Positions 1 to 12,103 of a stretch of DNA of 64,000 nt are shown piece by piece. A model generated the notes under the pieces. The model searched no databases. It was not told where the DNA came from and saw only the letters and a list, made by a program, of their open reading frames with translations. Position 1 is the first letter of the stretch; the number at the start of each line of letters is the position of its first letter. The position numbers were made by a program, and so were the translations under genes. The DNA is from Octopus vulgaris (taxonomy: Eukaryota): NCBI GenBank assembly GCA_951406725.2, contig OX597819.1:31248001-31312000 (forward strand). The letters are read 5' to 3'.

Positions 1-794
1 CAAAAATGTTTTGCTCTTCTTCATAATACATTCCAATTTACTTAAAGCTAGGAAAATAAAATAAAATAAACATAGTAGCTTGATTAATTAGCAATCAATC
101 ATTATTATTATTATTTTTTCTTTCGTTGTTCCTAAATAACAAATCTTCTTGCTCTTACACTCATATAAAAGATAATTCTTTTGTAGTTGACAAAAATTTA
201 CTTTCTCCTATCCTAGCTTTCTCTCTCCTACCTCGTTTTTGTTTGTTTCTTTTCGTTCTTAGTTTTGTTGTTTTTTTCTTTTGTGTCCCATGTTGAACAT
301 CAAATAAGGAAAAAAATCTATTATTTTCCACTGATTTATTATAATTAAATATCACAGATCAGTTGGTGCACTTGCATTAGTCTGCAAGAAATTACATTCC
401 CAGTGCAAATAACCTACATTTATATGATCTTGCTATATATTTATTGGTTGTCTAGAGATCCAGTATTCTTTTTTATCTAAAAAAAAAAATTTAGTAAAAT
501 ATATAATGAATAAAAAAATCGATCTTTTTTTTTATAAACATTGATTTTAGAGTGACACTGAATATTGACATGCAATAGGAAACTAACATGAAGAGAATCA
601 ACTGATAACTTGACATTCTGACACTAAAACAGATATGAGGGTTCTTCATCATCGTCATCATCATCATCATCATTGTCATCATCACCTTCTTGAACACCTG
701 CATCTTTTTTGTATTTTTTTCTTTTCAGGCTCTTTCTGTTAATATTTTGAGCCTTCATGGGAATAAATAATCACTAATACTTTTAAGTAACTAA

Positions 795-1010
795 TTAACT
801 CTTTAGCTTTTAATCCAGCCATATCCAGCAAAAATATTCACCCTGACTGACCAGATCCAGACTCTCACACCTATCCTGCAATGCCATATTAAAAATAAGA
901 AATCACATCATAGAAACCTTGAAGCTACAAGATAACATGCAATTAATTCAAAACAAAGTGACACTATAAGCATTACATTTGTCAGAGTAATTTAAATGCT
1001 TAATGGCTAA
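795..1010. mobile_element. Degraded family K MITE
   Basis: Reverse match to 52094-52323. Confidence 0.6.
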
Positions 1011-1343
1011 CATAGTGCTAGTGCATGCATATACAGCTGAGTGCTCACATATACGTGAATACTGTCCAAATCTCCGACCAATCACATACAGCTAGCTGGC
1101 ATTCAATTGGCGTATCAAGTTTCGGGCATTTTGATTGGGTTTTGGATACAAAATTCACAAAAAAGTCACTTCTATTGATTTTTTTAATGGTTTTGCAGGG
1201 TGACTGGGGAAATGTAAAGATGTGCATGACCACCCTTGGACGGTTTTGAATGACCATAGAAAGTGCAAGCTCTCTAACTGAAAAGTTGTGGATTTGTATA
1301 AAGGAAACACACGCAAACATTTTGCCATTTATATATAGAGAGA
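1011..1343 (-). mobile_element. Helitron family F, 3' hairpin partly lost
   Basis: Reverse-complement match to 44285-44620. Confidence 0.8.
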
Positions 1344-1868
1344 TGTTCTTTAAGACAGAAGCAACTGGCTGAAGGTGATGCATTTTTTTTTCTTCTTCAT
1401 CAAGACACTTAATTCTGCATCAATAGACCCAAACTTTTTTTGCACCACAAGCCAGGAGACCACATGCATAACAGAAGAAGCACAATAAAGTGCATAATAT
1501 ATTATTTAATTATCACATATATAATACCTATGTAATGCAAAAAGACCCTGCAGATTATGATAGTCAATAAAATAGAAATAAAATTTTAAATTTGATTCTT
1601 TCTGTGCAGCCTGGTTCTGGTCCATGACATAGTAGTTGGGGACCCCTGTTCTACATTATTAATTAGGAAGCATTGATGCAGGCATGGCCGAGTGATTAAT
1701 AAGTTTTCTTTGCAATTACAAGATCCTGGGTTTGATCCCACTCCTTGTGACCTTCAGCTGTAGCTGCTAGTCCACCCAACTCTTGCAAGTGAAACTGAAG
1801 AGGGTTGATTGTATCTTATCATACCCTGATTCAGCCTGAGAATTATATTAAGGGTATATGAGTCCCTA

Positions 1869-2099
1869 GGCGGCGAGCTGGCAGAAACGTTAGCACGCTG
1901 GGTGAAATGCTTAGCAGTATTTCATCTGCCGCTATGTTCTGAGTTCAAATTCCGCCGAGGTCAACTTTGCCTTTCATCCTTTCGGGATCGATTAAATAAG
2001 TACCAGTTATGCACTGGGGTCGATGTAATCGACTTAATCCGTTTGTCTGTCCTTGTTTGTCCTCTCTGTGCTTAGCTCTTTGTGCGTAGTAAAGAAATA
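1869..2099 (+). mobile_element. tRNA-derived SINE family B, full length with 17-bp TSD
   Basis: A box TGGCAGAAACG and B box GAGTTCAAATTCC; TSD GGTATATGAGTCCCTAG at 1853-1869 and 2100-2116. Confidence 0.85.
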
Positions 2100-2330
2100 G
2101 GTATATGAGTCCCTAGAATACTCAGCCACTTTAAATGTTCATTTCTGTTATTTGAATACGGGAGTACTCATCTTTGAAGCCAACCATTTAAAAAAAATTA
2201 GATTGGTCTCAAGGAAAGGTTTCTGATCATGGTTTTTGTCAGCTCCCAAAGACTGGTGATATTGATGCTATTAATGTATTCTTTGTTACCCCCTCTAAAA
2301 GGCTGATGGAAGAGAATTTTGGCAGATCAG

Positions 2331-2749
2331 GGATCTTTTCGGTTTGAATGGCAGTTTTTTCTAGCAGTGTGATATGAAATTGTCACCCATAATTATGACC
2401 CTAGAATCGATCTATTGCATTTCAATCTCTTTTAGGGTTAGGGTTAGGGGTGGGGGAAGGGTATATTTTTTTTTTCTTCACAAATGTAAATAAACCCAAT
2501 ATGTTTCTTAAATGAGGGACATATTCATACGGCACAGAATGCTTTTTAACTCAATTGACGTCACTGATTGGTTGAAATTGCGGAAATTGAAGAAAAAAAA
2601 CAACAAATATCTTACAAACCATAGAATTTTCTCAATAAAGCCAAGAGAAAAAGATGTTTTATAAACACATTCTACCAGTATACGAAGTTTAAAATTTTTT
2701 AGTTACCTAGAAATTATGTTAAAAACTGCCGTTCAAACCGAAAAGATCC
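2331..2749. mobile_element. MITE family E (Merlin-like), copy 1
   Basis: ~29-bp TIR GGATCTTTTCGGTTTGAAYGGCAGTTTTT; internal (TTAGGG)n. Confidence 0.85.
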
Positions 2750-3333
2750 CAGGTTTGTAATAATTCTGGTATACAATTACAGTGTTACTAATTTCAGTTT
2801 TGTTTAGGGGAGCATTGCCTCTATTGCTTAACTTCATTATGAAGAAAGTCAATGAGAGTGTTCAAAAAGAGTTTGTGTGTCTCTATGAACATCAATGAAA
2901 TAAAACTTGCCATGTAAAAGTTTTTGACATGACATAAAACAAGAAATAAATCCAAATTCAGTAAAAAAAAAAGAAAAATTGTCTTGGAAATGATCGTAAT
3001 CCAGACACAACCAGTAATAGTGCGAAGAAATAAATCTGTTCAAGCTGGCAACTAATAATAATAATAATAATTCCTATTATAGGCATAAGGCCTTAAATTT
3101 TGGGAAAGGAGGGAGCTAGTTGATTATATCAACCCTAGTGCTCAACTGGTAGTTATTTTATTGACCCTGAAAGAATGAAAAACAAAGTCAGTCTTGGTAG
3201 AATTTGAACTCAAAATGTAAAACCATATGAAAAAATCACAAAGCATTCTGTCTCTTGTGCTTACTTGCTACTTTAATAGTGATAATGATAATAATAACAA
3301 CAACAACAACAACAATAATAATAATAATAATCA

Positions 3334-4645
3334 TCTTATATATATAAAAGAGTGTGTGTGCATATGTTCTTTATGCTTTCCAAAACCGAGTTGTTGTTTT
3401 TGACGTATAGGGTATCAAAAGATTCAGTAAGCTTTTGGCTACCAACTAAACTGTATTTTCATTCAATTATTTGCTTTACAAAAATTTCTCCAAGTTACCT
3501 ATCGTAAATGACATCTTTTACCACCACCATCACAACGACAACGTCACATTTTGTATGTGTTCACATGTTCGTTACATACGTTTGGCTGATGACTGATAAG
3601 TATATGTGCGTGACGGTGTGTGTATCTGTCAGTATACATACATTTTTGTGACAACTGACACACACACACACATCTAAAGACAGAGACAGAGATAGGCTTC
3701 AGGTGTGCGTTAATGTCCGTGTGTGTGTATGTGTTTCTTAATTTATGTATGTAACTTCCCCCCACCCAACAGTGAAATGTGCCAATATTGAAAGTTACTT
3801 GCAACCTGGACTTCAAACAAACAACAACATTCACTTTCAAGTACTACCAGCATAAAGATTTGGCTGATTTTACACCACTTACAATACTCACAAATATATC
3901 TGAAAAAAAATATTCTGGTTATTATAACAAATTTGGAAACTTGGCAAAGTAGAAAGCCTCAGCAGCTCTTTCATTATAATTACAGAAATGTTATTCCACT
4001 CCTTCTAACCAGTTTCAAGATAATGTCTTTTTAACAGTCCTTGTATTCTTCATCACAATGTCGCACAACCTTTTTACTACATTAGTCAGTATTTATTCTA
4101 CAGCCTATAATGTTACACAGTTCAGAAACATCTTCCTTTTTATACACTTGGTTCAGTGTTCATTTCAAAATTGTCAGATAAATTAATTTTGTATGAAAAA
4201 TTGAATTATGCCTTCTGAATTATCTTGGACTTTCACTTTCTTCACCTTGACATTCATTCAGTTATGAATTTTATAGCATTTAGTACATGTTCCAAATAAA
4301 TGTTGATTTTCTGTACTTTCTTACATTGGTGATGCATACTAACTTTTGCTAAATTGGTGACTTTCCACCTTTTCACAGCATAACTATGCTACAGAAAGTA
4401 TGTTTTGCACCTGTGTTGACTACATTTCTTTTTCGTTTGAACTTCGTGTGTGTACGTTTTACTGTTTTCAATATTATCAATTCTGTAAGTGTGTGTGTGT
4501 GTGTGTGTGTGTGAACACATACAAAATGTGACGTCGTTGTTGTGATGGTGGTGGTAAAAGATGTCATTTACGATAGGTAACTTGGAGAAAAATGATAATC
4601 TTAAATTTTTGTAAATCAAATAATTGAATGAAAATATAGTTTAGT
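3334..4645. mobile_element. Unclassified DNA element with a Helitron-like start and ~120-bp inverted repeats
   Basis: A|TCTTATATATATAAAAG at 3334; inverted arms 3445-3564 and 4511-4645. Confidence 0.55.
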
Positions 4646-4699
4646 GTGTGTACGTCTATAGTAAACTATAGTAAAGAACATTTTATGCCATGTTAATGA

Positions 4700-5470
4700 T
4701 CCCACATTACTTAATGATGTAGCCATCCTTGTGTTTGGTGATCTCATTGAAAATCATATTCTCATTCTCGTTCAAGATAACAACATTAAACATGTTTCAC
4801 AGACTCATCCCTCTTATGATCCAGCTCTCTCCCATCACATAGTCTATGGAATACTTTAAAGTTCTGTAATGTGTGCCCTCCTCTTGTACAGCAGTAATCT
4901 GCACAGAACCTAATGCTAGATATCCACCACTTCCATCAAAAGAGATCCACAAAAAAATCTTCCAATGAAAATTTCTCAACCATATCTTCATCAATAATAC
5001 AAAGACAATCAGTACTATTATAAAAAAAAAGTAAGGCTCTTGACTATGAACAACACAACTAGAGCTTTCAAAACCATTTCACAATCTCACATATAGGTCA
5101 TTGCCATATTTGAAAGCCAAAGGCTAGGCTTTAACCATGATCAGTTGCTGGCCCTTTACAAAAACTCGACTGTAGCCCCAATTTAGAGCATTCTTCATGC
5201 ATCTAGGAAGGCCCTACTGCTGCTACACATAAACATTCTAGTGTGTATTCTTCCTCTAAAAGCTGTTCAGCCAGCTGGCAACACACTACAACCAAAGACA
5301 GTTTTTTCTTGACTCTGCCTCAACAATGGCTATATTTCTCCATCTAATACACATAGACCCTTTTACAGTCCTCAATGAATTTCAGACTCTAGATCCAACT
5401 CTAAATACTTTACACAAACATTTCTTTCTCAGTAAATACCATTCTATAGTTGTTAAAACAGGATCTTGTC
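4700..5470 (+). mobile_element. Highly degraded LINE RT C-terminal relic
   Basis: QLLALYK../PNLEHSSCI*EG near 5140-5210 resembles LYK..RP.LEY.S.IW.G; boundaries uncertain. Confidence 0.4.
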
Positions 5471-5554
5471 AATCTAGGAGGGATAATAAAAAACAAGTCA
5501 TGACTACTGCTGCTTCCTCTCAATAATTAGTAGAAAATTAGTATGCTTTCATAT

Positions 5555-6240
5555 ATATATGTAATAAAAGAAGGAAAATGCACACAGCTTACATAGTTTC
5601 AATATATTTTAAATGAAAGAGTATTGTGGTTGTTGACCAGTTTTGCTTTCACTAATCAGGACATTGAAATTATTGTAATTTTGCTTTTTCTTAAGAATAT
5701 TTTAGTCTATGTTCTTGTATGAAAGTTTGTGCATGAATCAACAAGTAGAAAAATCTAAGGGGAGGTAATTAGTGATAGTTATTACTTCAGACAGGGGAGG
5801 TAATTGCTCACTTTTGGGGTGGGATAAATAAACATACAAAATCCCATAAGCTAAAGTAGTGAGATGAAATATGTACAGTGATGTATATATGATCATGAAT
5901 TAAAATATATACTGAGCCCAAAGTTGGTAATGGATTCATATTTAGGCATGTTCTGTATTTTTTAATAAATAAATTTTCTTTATTTAAACATTCATGTACA
6001 GAAATTGTTCTTTTGCACTGGTAGATGTGGAAAACTGAAATTTGGTTGGAGATTCCCTGTACATCTCTCTATGTGTTCATACCTTAGGAACTGGATCTGT
6101 TCCTTATGTAGTGTGGTTCTCCATCTAAGTGATATACTTGTCTATCCTATATAGTTGTGTCCACAACCTGAACAAGTTATAACATAAATTAAATTCTCAG
6201 ATGCACAAATGAAGTTGGTTTTAATTGTAAACTCCTTTCC
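5555..6240 (-). mobile_element. Penelope-like retroelement, 3' part (GIY-YIG endonuclease + LTR region), degenerate
   Basis: Minus translation GKEFTIKTNFICASENLIYVITCSGCGHNYIG*TSISLRWRTTLHKEQI, the Penelope GIY-YIG signature; ends in (TA)n. Confidence 0.85.
5631..5664 (-). ncRNA. Decayed minimal hammerhead in the 3' LTR region of the Penelope relic
   Basis: TGTC-CTGATTA-GT-gaaa-GC-AAAA-CTGG-TC-AACA differs from a canonical TGTC-CTGATGA-GC-gaaa-GC-GAAA-CCGG-TC-GACA by four CpG-type transitions and one G>T; it lies downstream of the GIY-YIG ORF. Confidence 0.5.
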
Positions 6241-6605
6241 TGACAGAAAAAGAAATAGATTATATCACAAACTTTAAATGTAAACCTAGCCTTTTTTATA
6301 GCTTACCTAAAATACACAAGAGCAAGATAATTAATGAAGCCTGCAAATGATCACCAAACAAATACATAAATATCCTAGCACCAGATGATTTAAAGTTAAC
6401 TCTTATTATAGCTGGCTCAGGCTGTGAAACCCACTGCCTAAGCAACTTTCTAGACATCCTATTGAAACCCTTGCTGAAATACATCAAAAGTTTCATTAGA
6501 AGATGAGCTAGATATGCTTAAATGTCTACCAAAAACAACTAATGAAGAGACATTCTGGGTTTCCTTTGATGTTATTAATCTTTACATCAATATCCCATAT
6601 TTTTT
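6240..6605 (+). mobile_element. Penelope-like reverse transcriptase fragment (inverted relative to the endonuclease)
   Basis: LTEKEIDYITNFKCKPSLFYSLPKIHK...LSNFLDILLKPLLKYIKSFI/..FWVSFDVINLYINIP = PLE RT motifs Y.LPKIHK and SFDV..LY.NIP. Confidence 0.85.
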
Positions 6606-6689
6606 TGCATTACAACACACCATGTGGGGGATGATTGAAATTCTTTCCCTCCCTTTTCTTACTATACACACACACACACACACAGATAT

Positions 6690-7497
6690 ATCTAAAAGTT
6701 CAAAGTAGACTAAACCTTTCACATCCCACCAAACAGATAACAACACCTTACGTGGGTGAAGACATTCTTTAGCTTGGGGTGCTGGTGTTTCTCCTTTCCC
6801 TATCCACTGTCTTTAGCACTTAACATTTTTATAGAGAACCCATTTTTCTTTACCAGTCACTATTTGGTCCAAAAATGGTTCATTCGTGAGATGTGACAGC
6901 AAAGAAGAGCACACATACACTCTCTGTATGCGGTTAGGCTTGGAAAGTTTTGAGGAACCCATTGACCCAATTTGCTGACTTTTTCAATGGCACACAGGTG
7001 TTGATAAATGGTTGAATGACCAAATCCAAGCTTCTCTGCTAGTTTCTCAACAGTAATGATGGGATTTTGTTCCATCAGGGTTTGCAAGACGTCCTTGTCA
7101 AGTTCTACAGATCTTTCAGGATGAGTCTTGTCTTCTAGGCTGTAGTTTCCAGCTTGGAATTTCTGGAACCACCACTGACACTGGCTTATGCTTATTATCT
7201 GATCCCCATATACTGCATTAATATTCCTCGTACTTTCTGTTGTGTTGTTGCCTTTATTGAACTCATAAAGCAAAATATGCCAAATATGCTCCTTTGTCAC
7301 TTCTATTTTAGCTTTGAAAAAATAACTGTTAAAATCGAACTGCACTCTTCAAAACTTGCACTAAGAATAAGGGCAAGGTAAAATTTCTACCTGCTTTTAT
7401 AGCTGCAAGTTGATGCAGGTACTTTATTCTGTCCCCTCTGACTTTTAGTTCATGCAATTGAAAAAAACCGCAATATTTATGGGATGACTCAATATAT
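6690..7497 (-). mobile_element. Mariner (DD34D-type) transposon, 3'-truncated, with left TIR and transposase pseudogene
   Basis: ORF 6860-7345 with HTH domains and WVP motif; after a frameshift IVTGKEKWVLY..LHPRKVLLSVWWDVKG (first catalytic Asp mutated); terminal TA-TTGAGTCATCCCATAAATATTGCGG. Confidence 0.9.
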
Positions 7498-7507
7498 ACA
7501 AACATAT

Positions 7508-7601
<94 letters not shown>

Positions 7602-7833
7602 ATCCAAGGACTGAAGTATAGGAAGAAAATTAACTTCAAGCAAACCATAGTAAATATAAAAAAACAACTTTCAGGGACAATAGTGGTTTATTGAAACGGA
7701 AGGTTGTAGATTTTTTCTTATTGAAGTACGATAAATTGAAAAGAGTTCTTTTCATATTTCATGGTAGGCAACCAGGGTCACCGGGTATGTGAATAAGAAT
7801 ACAAGAATTAAGGAATGGAGTAAATAAGATCCA

Positions 7834-7888
7834 GGCTATATATGTTTCATAGCAAGTGGAACCTCAGAAGTAGGCTACTCTTCAGGCC
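7834..7888 (-). ncRNA. Hammerhead motif, left arm of palindrome
   Basis: Minus strand GGC-CTGAAGA-GTAGC...GCTAT-GAAA-CATATA-TA-GCC; core intact, helix III carries a G>A change. Confidence 0.6.
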
Positions 7889-8007
7889 AAGGATATCTTG
7901 ATTAAATTAAAGTTTACATTGTCACAAGGAGGTGCATGTTAACACATGGAGCGTTAAGACACTCCTCTTTGTGACAGTGTAAACTTTCATTTAATCAAGA
8001 TATCCTT

Positions 8008-8091
8008 GGCCTGAAGTGTAGCCTGCAGTATACACCTCACTTGGATATTTACCATTTCCAAGGTTCCACTTGCTATGAAACATATGTAGCC
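8008..8091 (+). ncRNA. Hammerhead motif, right arm of palindrome
   Basis: GGC-CTGAAGT-GTAGC...GCTAT-GAAA-CATATG-TA-GCC; palindromic helix III intact, core A9>T. Confidence 0.6.
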
Positions 8092-8130
8092 CAGATCTTA
8101 TCTACTTCATTCATTACCTCTTGTTTATAT

Positions 8131-8458
8131 ATCATCATCATCATCATCATCATTTAGCGTCCGTTTTCCATGCTAGCATGGGTTGGACGGTTCAACTGGG
8201 GTCTGTGAAGCCAGAAGGCTGCATCAGGCCCAGTCTGATCTGGCAGTGTTTCTATGGCTGGATGCCCTTCCTAACGCCACCCACTCCGCAAGTGTAGTGG
8301 GTGCTTTTTACGTGCCACCCGCACAGGTGCCAGACGGTGCTGGCAAACGGCCATGAACGGATGGTGCTTTTACGTGCCACCGGCACGGGGGCCAGGCAAG
8401 GCTGGCAACGGACATGAATGGATGGTGCTTTTTATGTGCCACCAGCACGGGGGCCGGT
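8131..8458 (-). mobile_element. RTE-type 3' UTR copy
   Basis: Matches 10221-10530; (CAT)n tail. Confidence 0.75.
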
Positions 8459-8551
8459 CAATTGAATTGCTTGTTCATTAAATTAACGTGTACTCTTACA
8501 GTAATTCTTTAGCAGATTCAACATTCCACACTGTGTGACAAGGCTGAACCT

Positions 8552-8782
8552 ATTAATGCAGAATATGGGGATTGGACAATAAGCGTAAGCCAGTGTCAAT
8601 GGTGGTTCCAGAAATTTTGAGCTTGAAACTACAGCCTAGAAGATGAAACTTGTCCTGGAAGTTCTGTAGAGCTCCACAAGGATGTCCTGAAAATCCTGAC
8701 GGAACAAAATCCCATTGTAACTGTTGAGGAACTAGCAGGGAAGCTTGGATTTGGTCATTCAGCCATTCATCAACACCTGCGC
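8552..8782 (+). mobile_element. Mariner transposase fragment (same family as 6690-7497)
   Basis: Nucleotide match to the INAVYGD..QCQWWFQKF..LGFGHS region. Confidence 0.8.
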
Positions 8783-8894
8783 TAGAAGAAAAGTGACAAT
8801 CAGGATAATGCTCAGCCATATACAGCGAGGGTGACATTCCAAAGTTTGGAGCAATTTGTATGGGACACGATGCCCCATCCACCATGTATATATA

Positions 8895-8895
8895 T

Positions 8896-8940
<45 letters not shown>

Positions 8941-8954
8941 TATCTGTCTATCTG

Positions 8955-8991
<37 letters not shown>

Positions 8992-8992
8992 A
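8895..8992. repeat. (CCTG)n-(CTAT)n compound tetranucleotide repeat
   Basis: Seen directly. Confidence 0.9.
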
Positions 8993-9469
8993 CGTACAGA
9001 GATATGTGTGTGTGTGTATATTCAAAGATAATTTAGTAAGATGATTGAAGCCAAGAAGGAAAATAATGGCACAATCCAGAAAGTATTGAAAGCACATTGT
9101 GATCAGTGGTGCATAGTAACATCCAACAGCCACATCAATGGAGGTGATATGGGTACAGGTGATATATATATATAGTCAGTGAGTGTCTGTGAAAGAGCAA
9201 GAGAGAGGGGGGGAGGGAGAGAGAGCTGTAGTTTTCTAAACTTTCTGCCTGCCTAGAATCTTTAGTACTGTCAAAACCATTATTTCTAACATTAAATTAT
9301 ATCATCTAAATAATAGAATTTGTTTACTAATTTCGATTAGATTGTCTATAGTAGTATAAGTATTTAAATATATTAGTTTGAATTAGGATAAATGATAAGA
9401 AACAATGTGTAATTGTTTAAACTAAAAATTTTAATAATTTTAAAGGGTGGGAAAATCAGATGTAATGTT

Positions 9470-9894
9470 GGATCTTTTCGGTTTGAACGGCAGTTTTTTC
9501 TACCGGTGTCATATGAAATTGTCACCCATAATTATGACCCTAGTATCAATCTATTGCATTTCAATCTGTTTTAGGGTTGGGGTTAGTTAGGGTTAGGAGG
9601 GGGGAAGGGTATCTTTTTTCTACACAAATGTAAATAAACCCAATCTGTTTCTTAAACGAGGGACATATTCATACGGCACAGAATGTTTTCACCTCAATAG
9701 ACGTCATTGGTTGGTTGAAATTGCAGAAATTGAAGAAAAAAAAACAACAAATATCTTACAAACTATAGAATTTTCCCAATAAAGCCAAGAGAAAAAGATG
9801 TTTTATAAACACATTCTACCAGTATACGAAGTTTAAAAGTGTTTAGTTACCTAGAAATTATGTTAAAAAACTGCCGTTCAAGCCGAAAAGATCC
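9470..9894. mobile_element. MITE family E, copy 2 with perfect 8-bp TSD
   Basis: TIRs as above; TSD GTAATGTT at 9462-9469 and 9895-9902. Confidence 0.9.
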
Positions 9895-10220
9895 GTAATG
9901 TTTTCTACTTGTGATCTACTTGTAGCATGTGTAGGTAGATTTGACTTCTAAAAGTAATGTTGTTTAAGTCATCTATAGACATTTTTTTAAAACATGAAAT
10001 TACATTAGATCAAAGATTTTTAATATTTTTGACATCATGGTCCCAAGAGAGAAAAAAAAAAAAGAACCACTTGCAAAGTTTAAACATAAAATGTTTTAAA
10101 ATTTTAAAATTTATAAAAACTAATGCTGACCCCATTTTACTAATTATATGATAACTGAATTGAAAATAACATATTTTGGGGAACTCAAGCATGAATATGG
10201 ATTTTTCTAACACTTAAATT

Positions 10221-10740
10221 CATCATAATCATCATCATCGTTTAAAGTCCGCTTTCCATGCTAGCATGGGTTGGACGGTTCAACTGGGGTCTGGGAAGCC
10301 AAAAGGCTTCATCAGGCCCAGTCTGTTCTGGCAGGTTTCTACAGCTGGATGCCCTCCTAACGCCAACCACTCCGTGAGTGTAGTGGGTGCTTTTTACATG
10401 CCACTGGCACAAGTGCCAGACGAGGCTGGCAACGGCCACGGTCGGATGGTGCTTTTTACATGCCACCGGCACAGAGGCCAGTCGGGGCGGCGCTGGCAAT
10501 GGCCACGTTCGGATGGTTCTCTTATGTGCCACCGGCACTGGTATCACAACTACAATTTCCATTGATTTTGATCGATTTCGATTTCACTTGCCTCAACAGG
10601 TCTTTGCAAGTAGAGTTTTGTGTCCCAAGAAGGAAAGGTATGCATAAGTGGGCTGGCTACATCCCATGTAGAGGCCACGGGTTATGGTCTCACTTGTCCT
10701 GCCGGGTTTTCTCACGCACAGCATACTTCCAAAGGTCTCG
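10221..10740 (-). mobile_element. 5'-truncated RTE-type LINE 3' end (ORF end + 3' UTR + (GAT)n tail)
   Basis: Minus translation RDLWKYAVREKTRQDK*, then a UTR with internal GGCACGTAAAAAGCACC repeats, ending GCATGGAAAGCGGACTTTAAACGATGATG. Confidence 0.75.
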
Positions 10741-11421
10741 ATTATATTTTAAAAATAAACAACAAAACAAAAAAACCATGCCACACCATGTAACCTCATG
10801 CAATGGACTATTGCATTGACTATATTAAAAGGGCTAGGAGTAATTTTTCTTTTTTACTAATTGGATCGAATTTAATATAAAAAGGAAGAGGAAATATTAA
10901 TTCACATAAACAAATGGTTTTATTAAGCAGAGATATTTTCTTACATTAAATACGACGATGAGTTAATTGTTAATGCTTTACAGACTTTTCTTTTGTTGTT
11001 AGCTAAAAAAAAAAAAAAAAAAGATATTAGACCTTTGATCCCCATTCACACAAGAAAATCCAACAGGCTTACACTTGGAGGATTGCACTCCAAAGAAATT
11101 TAAAAACTTCAACGCTTTAAACCAAGGGAGATAATAATTTATTTTCTCTAAAACATTACAAATTCCATGTTATACACATAAATGTGTATGTAACATATAC
11201 ATACATACACACACACATATATATATATATATACACATACTCTCACACATATATATATATATACGTAGTTAAATGTTACGGCCAGTATAGAGTGACCATT
11301 TATAGGTGCAAACCCAATGTTCACTCAATGACTGGTTATAACATTTAACTCCCCTCCCCTCAAATATATTACTGCTCTAATGCTTTAGAATGTCCTGTTT
11401 CAGATATATGAACTACTGACG

Positions 11422-11465
<44 letters not shown>

Positions 11466-11489
11466 TCTACTGATGATTTATGTATATAT

Positions 11490-11706
11490 GTATATGGTGT
11501 GTTATGAGAATTTATGGAAAGGTATCCCATAGAAACTCAACAAGTATGTTAAAAAATGGAGAAGAGATGTTGAAATATTAAAAGAATTTTAATTTTAAAA
11601 TTAAAATTCTTTTTGTATTTCAACATCTTCCCTTGTCCATTTTTTAACATACTTGTTGAGTTTCTATGGGATACCTTTCCTTAAATTCTCATAACACACC
11701 ATATAT
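11490..11706. repeat. Near-perfect ~215-bp palindrome
   Basis: GGTGTGTTATGAGAATTTA..TAAATTCTCATAACACACC, centred on AATTTTAAAATT. Confidence 0.9.
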
Positions 11707-12103
11707 ACTCTTTTACTTGTTTCAGTCATTTTACTGTGGCCATGATGGAACACTGCCTTTAGTCAAGCAAATCGACCCCAGAACTTATTCTTTGTAAGCC
11801 TAGTACTTATTCTATCGGTCTCTTTGCTGAACCGCTAAGTTACGGGGACGTAAACACACCAGCATCGGTTGTCAAGTGATGTTGGGGGACAAACACAGAC
11901 ACACAAACATATACACACATACATATATATACATATATATGATGGGCTTCTTTCAGTTTCCGTCTACCAAATCCACTCACAAGGGTTTGGTCGGCCCAAG
12001 GCTATAGTAGAAGACACTTGCCCAAGGTGCCACGCAGTGGGACTGAACTCGGAACCATGTGGTTGGTAAGCAAGCTACTTACCACATAGCCACTCCTATG
12101 CCT
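11707..12103 (-). mobile_element. tRNA-derived SINE family A
   Basis: Head GGAGTGGCTGTGTGGTAAG..GGTTCAGTCCC (A/B boxes), internal TA/CA microsatellite, (GTAAAAGA) tail. Confidence 0.85.

Noticed and set aside
1045-1383. Similar ~100-aa ORFs at 1045, 44308 and 48254 suggesting a gene family
   Set aside because: All lie inside Helitron family F copies; frames differ through indels and there is no known domain
2431-2456. TTAGGG runs as evidence of a telomere or chromosome fusion
   Set aside because: Only 2-3 units, and internal to a multi-copy MITE
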